A program made the translations under genes and the position numbers. 64,000 nt of DNA from Lingula anatina (lineage: Eukaryota > Animalia > Brachiopoda): assembly GCA_051362555.1 (NCBI GenBank), contig CM120648.1:18658587-18722586 (forward strand), in the 5' to 3' direction. Under the pieces are notes generated by a model. That model made no database searches and was not told where the DNA came from. It worked only from the letters and a program-made list of their open reading frames with translations. Below, piece by piece: positions 36,874 to 51,800 of the stretch (positions are counted from its first letter, which is position 1; every line of letters starts with the position of its first letter).

Positions 36874-38175
36874 CTTTCCTGAACACCCTCGAACACCGTT
36901 TTAACACCAATATACTGACACCATTTAGTACTCCAAAACCCTGTCAGCAATTTTTCTTAAATTTTCATTTCGGATACTATTGTTGCTAAAGCAAAATAGT
37001 GCCTTTGTTTAGTTAAGATCTGTAAATAAAGGATCGTAACTCTATAACAAAAGGATTAACCAAAATGTCGGCAAGCAATTGTAGCCCACTGGCTCGTGGT
37101 CAACTATGCCAATTTTCGTGATACAATCTTATTTGTGGATGAAATAACGCCCCAAACCGATTTCTATCCCACCGCAAAATAGAAAGGTGTTAAATTATAA
37201 GACTTTGAGCTGATTGCAACGAGAACTATAACGTCGATATTTTGTATTTTCGAGGGCATTTTTTTGTTTTAAATCAGCAAAGATAGATCCATTACTGAAT
37301 AATTAGATGCAGGAAAATATCATTTTCGGTATCTAGAGGATAACAAATGCTTTAAATACCCGTCAGCTTATTAATACCTAACAATCTGCACACAGCTTAT
37401 CAGGCTGAGTCCTTCAGTGACGTCACCACTTATTCAGCAAGCGGTGACTCCGCCTGACGCAACACCTGCCCTATTTAAAAAATCTCTGAAAATTTTTGTT
37501 AATTAGGTATGACTTCCTTTTTTTTCAGATAAGTTTAAAAAATACGGTTTTGGTAATTTCCCTTCTTATAATAAACAAGGAAAGGTGCTTCAAGGGGGGG
37601 GGGGGGGGGGAGGGGGCACAAGTTCAACGTTCACCATTTGTATGAATAGTGCTCTTGATGGCCAGCACCGCGCCGACTTTTTGGAAATTTAAAATAATGA
37701 GAGAACTCTTAACTTGCACGCCTTTCTAAAGCGCCAATGCATTTCAAAGTCATGTGTCTGTCTACATAAGTTTATAACCCTGAGCTACGCAAACTTAGTT
37801 GAAGTTATAACAACAGTTACATTATTTCCATCGATTGTTAACGCTGCATAGGGACTTCAGTGCTACAGAAAGGAAACTTTTACCGAAAAACGGGAAATTT
37901 GTCTTGAATAATTCGTCATTGTGTAAGTCAAGTTCAACAAGGTCGTTACAAATACAGTCTTCTCAAGGCAACTTCTCTACAGAGTATATTCAATGGACAC
38001 TAAATTTAATTGTATTTAACTGACCCTGTCACCTGTACGTAAAGATAGGCAGGCTATAATATCATTCTCTGTTGACCTGCAGACGGCCATATCAAGAACG
38101 TTAACCTCTATAACCAAGATAAACTGATCAGGGCATGGGAATTTATTGACATCAGAGCTGGGTGCTGAGATATAT

Positions 38176-38342
38176 CAGGCCCGTAGCCAGGGGGGTTCGG
38201 GGGGTTCGAAAGAACCACCCCTTTTGCTGGGAAAAGGTCCACTCTGGGTAAAATTTGATCTACGTACATGGAAGTTTTTATGGAAAAAGGTCCATTGTTC
38301 AGAAAAAAAACTCCCCTTATGAAATTGCTGGCTACGGGCCTG
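38176..38342. mobile_element. Short hAT-like MITE present only in copy A
   Basis: CAGGCCCGTAGCCAG ... CTGGCTACGGGCCTG; empty site at ~45570 in copy B. Confidence 0.85.
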
Positions 38343-39915
38343 GATATTACTGTTTGAAGAGATTAAATCTGTCTACTCTTGTGGACGCAGGCTGGTAGTG
38401 TGACAGTCACTGTATGTTTAAGAGAGAGATAAAACAATGTCACCCGAGCAAAATATACCAGAACACATTGAGCATCATAGATGTTTTGGCATTTATCTTG
38501 AGAGGGGGGCTGTGTATCCTGTCACATACATACAGAAATAATTTAGTTTTAGACGCAGTTAATCTACAAGAAAATGCCGACTTAATAAAAATAGACGTAA
38601 CTTCTACATACACACAAAGAAATGAATAAATGCATTTTTTTTTTCTTGCAGTAGACTCATTGTTTGTTGTGCAGCTGAGCACCTTCTTACTACCAGATAT
38701 AATCTTAGATGACATTTTGCAAGGTGAGTGTCCTAAAATAATCGTTGGATTATTCAGTTTACATGACAAGTGTCAAATCATTGAAATCAAGCCTGCATCG
38801 TTAACTTTCAAAAACTCGTATTAACACGAGTGACCGGCCTTTCTCAACACAGCTACAAACAATGCCATCCGATTACTTTGTCAGGCCTACCCAACTACCA
38901 GACGCGGCACCAAATGATCCAGAATTCACCGAAAAACGATCGCGCCTATTTGTTGCAGTAACATGTAATCACCTTTGTTTGTGTTTCCTGCTACATATCA
39001 TTGGTCCCCTAGTTTGTATCATTTGGCGAGGTCTCTGGGCAGAATTGCCGAACAAAACGGCAGAACGCTGACAATCCTATCGCGCCATCGGAAAATGTTA
39101 CCAAAAAACGATTTTTGACATCTCTAAGTCCTCAAAGATAGTAGACGATGAGCAAGGGTCCCATATGATCGCAAAACTGACAACAGGTATAACTCTCAGC
39201 TAAGTAATTGACCAGTATGCTCTGATTACCTGCCTGTGAACTTTTTTTGCCATTTTAACAGCTTTCTAGACTGCCGAGATAAGTGAATTTCTCCCCATCT
39301 AAAATATATATTCACATCGTACTAACTGGATCGATCTAACTTTGCGTGAGTTCTCGCTAAAATACTTTCGGTATAATCAGCTCAATCGTCTATATAGTGG
39401 CAAGTCCCGTTGGGTAACTATCAGTTTAATTAGGCGTGTCAACATTTAAGTCGCTTACACTGAATGATTTTTTTAAATAGCAAATTAGAACAGGGATATT
39501 AATATTGACTCTACACCACAAAAAATAAAGAAATTATTTGCATTGCTATTGCCAAATATATAATTTTCCAACGTCGACGATATTTTCAGAGTTACAGCAC
39601 CTTTTAAGACTATTCTTTGCTGTCAGGGGTCTCTAAGGGACCATTCCCACAGATATCGTACTAACTTTGGATCGATCTATGTTCAGGGGATTCTCACTAA
39701 ATTTCTATCAACTAAAGCGACTTAAATGCCTGTCACACCTACTAAAGATGTAAGGGGGTAATTAACTACCGGAGGTCGAGAGTTAATCACCACCTAGTTG
39801 ATTCGAAAGGCGTGACAGATATTTAAGCCACTTAAATTGATAGCAATTTAGCGTGATCCCCCGTGGAGTTAGACTGATCCTGTTGGATCGATCTAGGCAC
39901 GTGAACCCAGACTTA

Positions 39916-40388
39916 GGGCGTATTCCCAGACATTTAGGCTTCGTTCACATGCAATGTCTATTTTCTAAATTCTATTTTCTATTCGCGGCATGCGTTGTGA
40001 TCACCGTCTGTGCCCTGAATATCCCGCGGCGTAATTACTGGCAGCGCGAGCCAGTTACTATAAGTTACTATAGTAACTGGCTCGCGCTGCCGGTAATTAC
40101 GCGGCGGGATATTCAGGGCACAGACTGTGATCATAAGATAGCGCGAATAGAAAATAGAATTTAGAAAATAGACATTGCATGTGAACGAAGCCTTAGATCG
40201 ATCTATCCCCGTTTGGAGTCTCACTAGATTACTGTCAGATAATCCGGTTTAAATGTCCGTCCTGTATACTACAAGCTGTAAGGGGGTAATTAACTTTCGT
40301 GCCCGCTCGGCTGACAGCTATTTAGCGTGAACTCCCAGGGAGTTAGGTCGATCTAGTTTGGATCGATCTAATCTCTGGGAATCAGGCC
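39916..40388. mobile_element. Harbinger-like MITE (TTA TSD) hosting a nested palindromic MITE
   Basis: TTA at 39913-39915 and 40389-40391; the paralogous site in copy B (GAACCCAGTCTTACACAG, ~48810) has a single TTA. Confidence 0.8.
39937..40192. mobile_element. 256-bp almost fully palindromic MITE, TTA TSD
   Basis: TTA|GGCTTCGTTCACATGCAATG ... CATTGCATGTGAACGAAGCC|TTA; the arms pair almost to the centre (~40065). Confidence 0.9.
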
Positions 40389-41589
40389 TTACACAGTATT
40401 TAGGGAGTATTCAGATTCAAGTTATCATACCAGGAGGATGGCTTCATCTCTGTGAATGTAATCAGTTAAATAGTCTTACACGCCACCTCGAGAAGTTAAT
40501 AGCAAAGAAAAGTGATCACGCCAGCATGATGTAATGTCTATTTGTTCAACGTGTGAATGAAGCCGAACAATGTGAATGCAGCCGAATAGCAGCTACACTT
40601 TATCACCTATCTCATATGTGTGTAAATAAAGGCCGAGTGCCAGGTTGACACTTGAAGTTTGGGATTTGAACACAGCAGTCGTGTTTGTGTTTACACGTCA
40701 TGGCGGAGGGTAACCTTTGTGGATGTGATGAAATGCAAGTGGGAAGGTATAGTTTTATAGTACAATTTATTTATCTATTTTTTTTTTTGTATTCATTTTA
40801 TTAATCTAATTAATCTCATGGTCGAATCAGTGTTTTTATTGCACTTTGCCGCAGTACATCGCTTACGTTTTTCATCTCTTTAATGAGATATGAAAGACCC
40901 AACAGGAAAAAAAAAGTAAAACTTTGCATTCATTCATATTTCATACTGCTCAATATAATCTGTTCGCAAAATATCCTGTTTCGGTTTGGTAGCTTCAGTC
41001 CTCCTTGTGTTCGTCTGAAGAAGTGTGGACCAGTGGTGTAACAAATGGACAATGCTAATTTTAATTAAAATTACAAGAAAATAATATGTGAACATTACAG
41101 GCCCAAACATAAAGTGTATTTGTATTTGTGTACAAACATGTAGTATTTGTGTTTTGACGGTCACCATATAGAGTGGGTTGATAAGTATAAATAACTTAAG
41201 AATAATTTTAAGATTTTCAATATACTGCACAAAATCTGAATCTGCTACTTCCGCACAGGGTTTAATTATGACAAAATTTAAGAAATGATTAAATGGGATT
41301 GTACACATACCAAAAAAAAAAAAAAAATGGTTAATTAGCTGTGTGGCTCCAATTAAAGAGCATGGTACGGGGTGTTTGGGGATTTTTGGAAAATGAAAAC
41401 TGTGGAAATGTTATGTCTAAAGCTTTAATTAAGATACTATTTAGGGGTTTGCAGATATGCAGTTCCTGTATATATTCTTATCGTTCTGTCTGTTTGTGTC
41501 CGTCCGTTACGCAATTTTTGCGTGCATTTTGTTGATGATTTTTCCTTTTCGGTGTCTGTATATTTGCCAGTTTTTCTGTCTTGTTAATA

Positions 41590-41930
41590 ACTAAATTTAA
41601 CCTTTACCTAGAAACTGGACGTTACACAAACACGACCATTAATGAAATAATATGCGAACTATGCAAAAGGGAATTACAATATAAGAGTCATTTCTCTCTT
41701 CAGTGCACTGCTTTTATGGAGGAAAATAATACATTTTATGAAAAGTTGTGTATAGATAAGCAAATGACATAAATGAAAATTCTATAGAACGTTTATTGGA
41801 AAAATTGAGGCAATTAGCAAAATTGATTGTCAAGACTTTTGATCTAAGACAGAAAAAATGTATACAACAGTTTCTTTTAAGCCTGAAAGGCTAGGTGCTC
41901 AATGCCCATTTCAAGTAAATAAATGATTAT
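41590..41930 (+). mobile_element. 3' fragment of a non-LTR retrotransposon ORF2 (C-terminal CCHC region)
   Basis: LETGRY..EIICELC..SHFSLQCTAF, then an AATAAA-containing tail. Confidence 0.65.
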
Positions 41931-42366
41931 GTTGATATGATAAACGCTAGGGTTCAGTCATAGCTAATAATTAATAATAGCACGATAACCGATAACAACA
42001 CTGCTGCATTACTTATTAACTCGCGTCTTCTTCCAGTCATGTTGTACTTTGAACTTATCTGCTGACAAACACGTGATGGGGCTAGAAACAGTGACAAGTA
42101 GATTTAGTACAATAATAATTCTTCACTTTAATATCGTCATTGTACCTTGTATTACTTTCTTCTCTCCAGTTAATTATGGAACAAAGCAAAAAAATTTTAA
42201 AACATTTCTAACTCCCTCGTTTTCACAATGTGTGCAATTTAAACAAAATGACTGTGTGAATTACAGCAGATAACTTATTAAGACAAGAGAGAGGGAGAGA
42301 TATGGAAAGAGGTGAGACGCAGGGATTTGGGTTGCAATATATGCCTTACTGGGTAGGCTTTTATCT

Positions 42367-43360
42367 TCTGACAGTGCTGGCTTTCTATAATGACTTCTCT
42401 ATACAGCTGATAACAATTACCTCTGACAGTGCTGGCTTTCTATAATGACTTCTCTATACAGCTGATAACAATTACCTCTGACATTGCTGGCTTTCTATAA
42501 TGACTTCTCTATACAGCTGATAACAATTACCTCTGACAGTGCTGGCTTTCTATAATGACTTCTCTATACAGCTGATAACAATTACCTCTGACAGTGCTGG
42601 CTTTCTATAATGACTTCTCTATACAGCTGATAACAATTACCTCTGACATTGCTGGCTTTCTATAATGACTTCTCTATACAGCTGATAACAATTACCTCTG
42701 ACATTGCTGGCTTTCTATAATGACTTCTCTATACAGCTGATAACGATTACCTCTGACAGTGCTGGCTTTCTATAATGACTTCTCTATACAGCTGATAACG
42801 ATTACCTCTGACAGTGCTGGCTTTCTATAATGACTTCTCTATACAGCTGATAACAATTACCTCTGACAGTGCTGGCTTTCTATAATGACTTCTCTATACA
42901 GCTGATAACGATTACCTCTGACAGTGCTGACTTTCTATAATGACTTCTCTATACAGCTGATAACGATTACCTCTGACATTGCTGGCTTTCTATAATGACT
43001 TCTCTATACAGCTGATAACGATTACCTCTGACAGTGCTGACTTTCTATAATGACTTCTCTATACAGCTGATAACGATTACCTCTGACAGTGCTGACTTTC
43101 TATAATGACTTCTCTATACAGCTGATAACGATTACCTCTGACATTGCTGGCTTTCTATAATGACTTCTCTATACAGCTGATAACGATTACCTCTGACAGT
43201 GCTGGCTTTCTATAATGACTTCTCTATACAGCTGATAACAATTACCTCTGACATTGCTGGCTTTCTATAATGACTTCTCTATACAGCTGATAACAATTAC
43301 CTCTGACATTGCTGGCTTTCTATAATGACTTCTCTATACAGCTGATAACAATTACCTCTG
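42367..43360. repeat. 55-bp satellite, ~18 copies
   Basis: Unit CTCTGACAGTGCTGGCTTTCTATAATGACTTCTCTATACAGCTGATAACAATTAC. Confidence 0.97.
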
Positions 43361-44535
43361 GCAGAAAACGGCGCAATGGGCCAGGAAACTGGTCACCTTT
43401 ATGGTATTGATTTTTGTGTACACAGGGGCGGATCCAGGATTATTTGAAGGGGGAGGGTCTGCTGATCCAGAATTCACCGTTAAGAAATGACCCCTCCCAA
43501 AAAAGCCTTTTTTGTATCCTGTTTGAGCTCATTAACTTGTGGTCAACTATGCCATTTTTTTTGCGATACGATCTTGTTCAAGGATACAGGTTCGCCCCAA
43601 ACCGATTGCTCTCTTACCTCAAAATGCAAAAGTGTTAAACTGATAATAAAACCTATGAGTTGCCTATGCTTTTAAATTGCAACGAGAAATGTTACGGCGA
43701 TATTTTATATATTCAAGGGCATTTTATTGTTTTAAAACATCAAAGATAGACCCATTATTGAATAATTAGTTGCCAGAATAATCTTATTATCGGTATCTGG
43801 TTGTAACAAAGGCCTACAATAGCCCTAAGCTTAATCAGCTTATTTATCCCTAACAACCAGCACACAGCTTATCAGGCCGAGTCCTGTAGTGACGTCACCA
43901 CCTATTTAGCAAGCGGTGACCCCGCCTGGCGCAACACCTGCTCTATTAAAAAATTGTGAATTAGGTATGACTTCGTTTTTTTAGATAAGTTTTCAAATAA
44001 AAATAAAAAATGGTTATTTCCCTTCACATAAAAAAATGTGCTATTACGGTGGGGGGGGGGGGGGGGGGGTCACAAGTTAAAGATTCCTATTTGTATGAAT
44101 AGTGCTCTTGATGATCGGGACCTTGCCGACTTTGTGAAAATTTTTAATAATGAGAGAACTCTTAATTGCACACCTATCTAAAACGCCAATGTACTTTAAA
44201 GTCGTGCCTGTCTACACAAGTTTATAACTCCGAGCTACGCAATTTAAGTTGCAAATGTAACAACATTTACTTCATTTCCATCAATCGTTAATGATGCAGA
44301 GGGACTGCCGTGTTACAGAAAGGAAACTTGTACGAAAAAACAGGAACTTTGCCTTGAATAATTTGTCATTGTTAACTCAAGGTCAAAAAGGTCGTTGCGA
44401 AGGCAATCGATCTTCTCAAAACAACTTCTCTGCGGAGTATATTCAATGGACACTAAATTTAGTTTTATTTAACTGACCCTGTCACCTGTCGTAAATCATT
44501 ATATTGTTCTCCGTTTACCTGCAGAGGGCCATATC

Positions 44536-45501
44536 CAGGCCTTCCCAACTACCAGACTCGGCACCTACGGGTCCAGTATAAACCGGTTTATCAGACCACA
44601 CTACCCGTTTTCAAGGTGTGTGTCAGATCGCATTACAGAGTATCAGCCACCACACCGATTTTGCCTGGTGCGCGATGTGATAGCAATGATCCTAATCGGG
44701 GTTGGAAAGTAGTGCATCTCATCTAGATTCATGCGCTGCTGCAATTTTCTCTGTTTATGCTAAAATCTGACAGTACCGCAATTTTTAACATAAAATTTAG
44801 GTTCGGACATAGCCAATGATGTTTTGTAAATAAGAACGTTGCAAACTTATATATTAATTTAGAAAAGTAGACTTAATTTTGATAGCAGAAGCATATTCTG
44901 TCGGGGGTTAAATTATTTTCATGACTACCGGGATGGACGAGATTGAGGGCAGGGGTAATCCTAGAGAGGGGTGAGAAACGTCTATTGTTCTCGTCAGCGA
45001 GGCTGTCCTTTTTCAGGGTTTGTATGCACGGACAGAAAACTTAAGTATTGTGGGAACGTTACTAATGAAGCCACTGGTAGTACTAGTAGATATCAGCCTG
45101 TAGTCTTGAACAAGCGCCTCGATGACGAGTGAACAGTTGTCAAAAACAAAAGACCCAGGTGTGGTAGTTCAACTACTGTTCATGCGTGCCGCAACGACCA
45201 AACCTAATTGCTCCTCAAGGTCACAAAACAATAACCGGTACTGACGGCTAGGCTCGTCTTAATCATATAAGTAGCGCGTTTCCACCCCCTGATTGAGGGA
45301 GTCGTCTGTTCTATTCATACGACTCCTACTTGACGAAAACGAGGCGTGATACCCGGATGACAGGTAGGCTTACAGAATTTGTGATAGGGTATGATACTCT
45401 TTTATGCGATCTGACACACACCTTGAAAACGGGTAGTGTGGTCAGATATACCGGTTTATTCTGGACCCGTAGGTGCCGAGTCTGGTAGTTGGGAAGGCCT
45501 G
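44536..45501. mobile_element. Non-autonomous TIR element with a 5-bp TSD (ATATC), copy B only
   Basis: CAGGCCTTCCCAACTACCAGACTCGGCACC TIR of ~95 bp; ATATC on both sides; empty site GGCCATATCAAGAA at ~38085. Confidence 0.9.
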
Positions 45502-46102
45502 ATATCAAGAAGTTAACTTTTATAACTAAGATCAGGGCATGGGAATTTATTGACATCAGAGCTGGGTGCTGAGATATTACTGTTTGAAGAGATTAAATCT
45601 GTCTACTCTTGTGGACGCAGGCTGGCACTGTGATAGTAACTGTGTGTTTAAGAGAGAGATAAGACAATGTCACCCGAGCAAAATATACCAGAACACCTTG
45701 AGCATCAGAGATGTTTTGGCATTTATCTTGAGAGGGTGGCTGTGTATCGTGCCACATACATACAGAAATAATGTAGTTTTAGACACAGTTAATCTACAAG
45801 AAAATGCCGACTTAATAACATTTGACGTAACTTCTACATACACACAAAGAAATGAATAATTTTTTTGGCAATAGACTCATTGTTTGTTGTGCAGTTAAGC
45901 ACCTAGTTACTACCAGATATATTCTTAGATGGCATTTTGCAAGGAGAGTCTTCTAAAATAATCGCTGGATTATTCAGCTTACCTGACAAATGCCCAATCA
46001 TTGAAATAAATCCTGCATTGTTACCTCTCAAAAACTCGTATTAACACGAGTGAAGGGTACTTTTTCAACAAAGATACAAACAATGCCATCCGATTATTTT
46101 GT

Positions 46103-46546
46103 CAGGCCTACCCAACTACCAGACGCGGCACCAAATGATCCAGAATTCACCGAAAAACGGATCGCGCTACCGCTTTAGAAGTTGTGTATCTGTAAGCACT
46201 TTGAAGAACATGTATCAGACGCGGCACCCTCCTGTTAGGGGTTAAATAAGGTTTTCATGGCTACCGGAATGGACACATTTGACGGAGCAAGCATATATGA
46301 TGATAGTTTTCTGCTGGTGTTACAAGATTTTTTCACCGTCTACACCTGTCGCGCACATGACGAAAACGAGGCGCGATACCCAAATGAAAGGTACAGATCG
46401 CAGTCGTCGTACAAACTTTGTCCCGGGTTAGGATACTATGGAATGCGTACTGATACACACCTTGAAAACTGGTACCGCGATCCGATCTGATGGTGAAATC
46501 TGGATCCTTCGGTGCCGCATCTGGTAGTTAAGTAATAGTAGGCCTG
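46103..46546. mobile_element. Older MITE of the same CAGGCCTAC family; largely deleted paralog at ~38882-38945
   Basis: CAGGCCTACCCAACTACCAGACGCGGCACC ... GGTGCCGCATCTGGTAGTT..GTAGGCCTG. Confidence 0.75.
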
Positions 46547-48129
46547 TTGATTAATAACAGAGAAGGAATCTTTAAATGCAATCTGACGCCTATTTGTTGC
46601 AGTTACATGTAATCGCTTTTGTTTGTTTCTTGCTACATATCCTTGGTCCCCAAGTTTGTATCATTTGGCGAGGTCTTTGGGCAGAATTGCCGAACAAAAT
46701 GCTGAACGCTGACAATCCTATCGCGCCATCGGAAATGTTTCCAAAAAACGATTTTTGGCATCTCGTGCTACTCAAAGATAGTAGACGATGAGCAAGGGTT
46801 TCATATGATCGTAAAACTGTTCTGTTAACCTGCCTGTGATTTTTTTTTTTTTTATTTTAACATCTTTCTAGACTGCTGAGATAAATGAATTTCTCCCCAT
46901 CTAAAAGATATATTCTCATCGTACTAACTGGATCTAACTTTGCAGGTGTTCTTGCTAATATGACTTCGGTATAATCAGCTCAATTGTCTATATAGTGGCA
47001 AGTCCCGTTGGGTAACTAGCAGCTTAATTAGGCGTGTCAACATTTAAGTCGCTTACACTGAATGGAATTTAGCGAGAATCCCTGTAGAGTTAGAACTAAC
47101 CAGCAGTCACGGCTCCACTCCCGTGTACTTCCACCTAAAAATGAAAGCTTCACGTCTTACACAAAACAGATAAAACCATAGAAACACAACCCTGTTCTAA
47201 TATGCAGTTTGAAAAAAAAAAAAAAAAAAACTTCCCAAAATTAAACAGAGATGCGTTTTGTCCAACGGTCGACGCTGTAGCTCCATTTTGGGAAAATTTT
47301 CATTTTTGGTTTTAGGATTTTTTTAATATCGGAATTAAACTTATTTCAACGGCATCATTAAGCGGGATGAAAGATTTTTTTTTTCAAATGATACTGGGGA
47401 ACTTTCTTGTTCCCATAATCCTATCGAAATAGCTGGATCCATATAATTCCTCGGGTATTCTCACAAAATTGCATTCAGTTTAACTGCCTTAAATATCTGC
47501 CCCTCCCCCCTCGTAACTTGAAGTACTTGGAACAGTTTTAAACACCTTCCTTCTGATTTTATGGTCTTTTACGTTAAATTTATCTTTACTTCATTGACTT
47601 CATTGGGCTTTTAACCTTTAAATAAACAATTTCCTCCAAACGCCCTGATAACAATATGTAGGCCTAGTTCACATACTTCACAACAAGTTGCGTATTTTTG
47701 TAGGGATCAGTTCCTTATAGAGAGCTTTCCAACAGACGTTTTTCTTCTATTCTTTAAGGATTGAAAGAAGTGCAAAAGACTAGGACAAAGAAACCAAAGT
47801 CTGCCCTAGATTGATATGATCATACATGAGGCGTTTCAATATTTTAAGTCAGTTCGATAGCCGTCCTGGTATTAGAGAACATCCCAAAATCGAAAATGAT
47901 ATTTTTCTTCCCAAAATGTCCATAATTAATTGGTCTTTTCGGAAGTTTGTTTATTTTTAAAACAGCAAATTAGAACAGGGATATTAATATTGACTCTACA
48001 CCACAAAAAATAAAGAAATTATTCGCAATGCTATTGCCAAATTTATAATTTTCCGACGCCAACGATATTTTCAGATTATCCAGTTACAGCACATTTTAAA
48101 ACTATTTTTTGCTGTCAGGGATCTCTAAG

Positions 48130-48812
48130 AGACCATCCCCACAGATATTTAGATTGATCTAGCCGCCTGGGCAGTCTCACTAGATTGGTGTCAGCTTAAC
48201 CGGCTTAAATGTCCCGTCTACTGAAAGCTGTAAGGGGGTAAATGACTTTCGTGTGCGCTTGGTTCCTGGAAGCAGAAATTTAGCGTGTTATATAGCAATT
48301 TAGGGAGCAAGATCGATCCAGATGGATTGATCTAAATCTGTGGAAACCCAGTCTAAGACCCCATTCCCACAGATTTTAGATCGATCTATCCCCGTGGGGA
48401 GTCTCACTAGATTGGTGTCAGATAAGCTGGCTTCAATGTCTGACCAGCCTACTAAAAGTAAGGTAGGGTAATTAACTATAGTGCGGAATCCCCAGGGAGT
48501 TAGGTGGATCAATCTTAATCTGTGGGAACCATTCCCAGAGATATTGTACTAACTTTGGATCGATCTATCTCCAAGGGGATTCTCACTAAATTGCTATCAA
48601 CTTATGCGGCTAAAATGTCTGTTACACCTACTAAAGATGTTAGGGAATAATTAACTACCAGAGGGCGAGCGTGCACGAAAGTTAATTATTCCCTAGTTGA
48701 TTCGAAAGGCGTGACAGACATTTAAGCCTCTTAAGTTGATAGCAATTTAGCGTGAACCCCTTTGGAGTTAGACTGATCCTGTTGGGTCGATCTAGGCATG
48801 GGAACCCAGTCT
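48130..48812. mobile_element. Cluster of three related GATCGATCTA-family MITEs
   Basis: Three successive starts CCAT(T/C)CCCACAGAT at ~48133, 48361 and 48529, sharing an internal CTCACTA..GTAAGGGGGTAATTAACT core. Confidence 0.7.
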
Positions 48813-51800
48813 TACACAGTGTAATAAATTAGGGAGTATTCAGATTCAAGTTAACATACATCTATACATGGGAACCCAGTCTTACACAGTGTAATAAATT
48901 AGGGAGTATTCAGATTCAAGTTAACATACATCTAGACATGGGAACCCAGTCTTACACAGTGTAATAAATTAGGGAGTATTCAGATTCAAGTTAACATACA
49001 TCTAGACATGGGAACCCAGTCTTACACAGTGTAATAAATTAGGGAGTTTTCAGATTCAAGTTAACATACATCTAGGCATGGGAACCCAGTCTTACACAGT
49101 GTAATAAATTAGGGAGTATTCAGATTCAAGTTAACATACATCTAGACATGGGAACCCAGTCTTACACAGTGTAATAAATTAGGGAGTATTCAGATTCAAG
49201 TTAACATACATCTAGACATGGGAACCCAGTCTTACACAGTGTAAGAAATTAGGGAGTATTCAGATTCAAGTTAACATACATCTAGACATGGGAACCCAGT
49301 CTTACACAGTGTAATAAATTAGGGAGTATTCAGATTCAAGTTAACATACATCTAGACATGGGAACCCAGTCCTACACAGTGTAATAAATTAGGGAGTATT
49401 CAGATTCAAGTAAACATACATCTAGACATGGGAACCCAGTCTTACACAGTGTAATAAATTAGGGAGTATTCAGATTCAAGTTAACATACATCTAGGCATG
49501 TGAACCCAGTCATACACAGTGTAATAAATTAGGGAGTATTCAGATTCAAGTTAACATACATCTAGACATGGGAACCCAGTCTTACACAGTGTAATAAATT
49601 AGAGAGTATTCAGATTCAAGATAACATACATCTAGACATGTGAACCCAGTATTACACAGAGTAATAAATTAGGGAGTATTCAGATTCAAAATAACATACA
49701 TCTAGACATGTGAACCCAGTCTTACACAGTGTAATAGATTGGGGAGTATTCAGATTCAAGTTAACATACATCTAGACATGGGAACCCAGTCTTACACAGT
49801 GTAATAAATTAGGGAGTATTCAGATTCAAGTAAACATACATCTAGATATGGGAACCCGGTCTTACACAGTGTAATAAATTAGGGAGTATTCAGATTCAAG
49901 TTAACATACATCTAGACATGGGAACCCAGTCTTACACAGTGTAATAAATTAGGGAGTATTCAGATTCAAAATAACATACATCTAGACATGTGAACCCAGT
50001 CTTACACAGTGTAATAGATTGGGGAGTATTCAGATTCAAGTTAACATACATCTAGACATGGGAACCCAGTCTTACACAGTGTAATAAATTAGGGAGTATT
50101 CAGATTCAAGTAAACATACATCTAGATATGGGAACCCGGTCTTACACAGTGTAATAAATTAGGGAGTATTCAGATTCAAGTTAACATACATCTAGACATG
50201 GGAACCCAGTCTTACACAGTGTAATAAATTAGGGAGTATTCAGATTCAAGTTAACATACATCTAGGCATGTGAACCCAGTCATACACAGTGTAATAAATT
50301 AGGGAGTATTCAGATTCAAGTTAACATACATCTAGACATGGGAACCCAGTCTTACACAGTGTAATAAATTAGAGAGTATTCAGATTCAAGATAACATACA
50401 TCTAGACATGTGAACCCAGTATTACACAGAGTAATAAATTAGGGAGTATTCAGATTCAAAATAACATACATCTAGACATGTGAACCCAGTCTTACACAGT
50501 GTAATAGATTGGGGAGTATTCAGATTCAAGTTAACATACATCTAGACATGGGAACCCAGTATTACACAGTGTAATAAATTAGGGAGAATTCAGATTCAAG
50601 TTAACATACATCTAGACATGGGAACCCAGTCTTACACAGTGTAATAAATTAGGGAGTATTCAGATTCAAGATAACATACATCTAGACATGGGAACCCAGT
50701 CTTACACAGTGTAATAAATTAGGGAGTATTCAGATTCAAGTTAACATACATCTAGACATGGGAACCCAGTCTTACACAGTTAAATAAATTGGGGAGTATT
50801 CAGATTCAAGTTAACATACATCTAGGCATGGGAACCCAGTCTTACACAGTGTAATAAATTAGGGAGTATTCAGATTCAAGATAACATACATCTAGGCATG
50901 GGAACCCAGTCTTACACAGTGTAATAAATTAGGGATTATTCAGATTCAAGTTAACATACATCTAGACATGGGAACCCAGTCTTACACAGTGTAATAAATT
51001 GGGGAGTATTCAGATTCAAGTTAACATACATCTAGGCATGGGAACCCAGTCTTACACAGTGTAATAAATTGGGGAGTATTCAGATTCAAGTTAACATACA
51101 TCTAGACATGGGAACCCAGTCTTACACAGTGTAATAAATTAGGGAGTATTCAGATTCAAGATAACATACATCTAGACATGTGAACCCAGTATTACACAGA
51201 GTAATAAATTAGGGAGTATTCAGATTCAAAATAACATACATCTAGACATGTGAACCCAGTCTTACACAGTGTAATAGATTGGGGAGTATTCAGATTCAAG
51301 TTAACATACATCTAGACATGGGAACCCAGTATTACACAGTGTAATAAATTAGGGAGTATTCAGATTCAAGTTAACATACATCTAGACATGGGAACCCAGT
51401 CTTACACAGTGTAATAAATTAGAGAGTATTCAGATTCAAGATAACATACATCTAGACATGTGAACCCAGTATTACACAGAGTAATAAATTAGGGAGTATT
51501 CAGATTCAAAATAACATACATCTAGACATGTGAACCCAGTCTTACACAGTGTAATAGATTGGGGAGTATTCAGATTCAAGTTAACATACATCTAGACATG
51601 GGAACCCAGTCTTACACAGTGTAATAAATTAGGGAGTATTCAGATTCAAGTAAACATACATCTAGATATGGGAACCCGGTCTTACACAGTGTAATAAATT
51701 AGGGAGTATTCAGATTCAAGTTAACATACATCTAGACATGGGAACCCAGTCTTACACAGTGTAATAAATTAGGGAGTATTCAGATTCAAGTTAACATACA

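Larger units (their letters stand above)
37085..43412 (+). repeat. Tandem segmental duplication, copy A
   Basis: Collinear with ~43535-55998: 37390~43870, 38130~45535, 39060~46710, 39480~47965, 40460~53580, 41940~55475 and 43360~55945. Confidence 0.9.
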
